A DNA stretch of 32,533 nucleotides. Source: Octopus sinensis (lineage: Eukaryota). The stretch spans positions 1 through 32,533 of the forward strand of contig NW_021829593.1 of assembly GCF_006345805.1 (NCBI RefSeq). The letters are read 5' to 3'. Positions within the stretch are counted from its first letter, which is position 1, and each line of letters begins with the position of its first letter. This document shows, piece by piece, positions 32,130 to 32,533 of this stretch. The position numbers and the translations under genes were made by a program. A model generated the notes under the pieces. That model was not told the origin of the DNA. It saw nothing but the letters and a program-made list of their open reading frames with translations, and did no database searches.

Positions 32130-32410
32130 AAAGGCTCAGTCTTACAGGGGAAGACCATCCAACGAGATTTCAAGACATTTGAAGAAAACTGAGAGAATTC
32201 AACAACACTCACTATCCCCAAAAAATGAGTTTCAGGAATGCTTCCATCGATGGGGAAAAAAAGAAAAAAAAAAAACTAGGTTGCCGGGTTTGAAAGGGTT
32301 TGGTTGCTATGTTTTTTAGCTTCAGAGGGGGACTACTTTGAAGCAGATTAAATACTGAATTACTATGTGTTGTGGTTTCTTTTTATAGCATCAGTCCGGA
32401 AGTTTTTGAT
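32130..32410 (+). pseudogene. Decayed mariner transposase C-terminus
   Basis: Frameshifted pieces RFQDI, PKNEFQECFHRW and ASEGDYFEAD*, followed by the TIR-like cagtccggaagtttttgat. Confidence 0.7.
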
Positions 32411-32450
32411 GAAAATTTGTAAATGGGCGAAGTCCCATTTTGGAAGTGTA

Positions 32451-32533
32451 CTCTTTCAGTCATATTTGTCGCAGTCATTCGACTGCGGCCATTTCGGGAG
32501 CACCGCCTTTAGCCGAACAAATCGACCCCAGGA
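32451..32533 (-). mobile_element. SINE-A 3' end, running off the window
   Basis: cagtcattcgactgcggccat...gagcaccgcctttag...aaatcgacccc. Confidence 0.8.

Overview
Repeat-saturated, AT-rich eukaryotic genomic DNA. The SINE, RTE and microsatellite inventory is what I associate with octopus (Octopus sp.); this is an inference. No intact protein-coding gene is visible, and nearly all ORFs in the track are translations of (TA)n/(TACA)n/(AAT)n/(GATA)n microsatellites. The window holds: about ten copies or fragments of a tRNA-headed SINE ('SINE-A'); a second SINE with a Meta/MESC-like central domain ('SINE-B'); a third tRNA-headed SINE; RTE-clade LINE 3' fragments; decayed mariner and maT transposons; MITEs and fold-back palindromes. 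At least five independent tandem arrays are built from TE ends, the largest being 21 x 144 bp of a mariner terminal inverted repeat. The least expected signal is a scatter of about 11 minimal type I hammerhead ribozyme motifs of Penelope-like type, four with an intact catalytic core. In two places (836-980 and 29245-29501) they sit as back-to-back pairs on opposite strands inside inverted repeats. All RNA folds were worked out by hand and none is experimentally verified.
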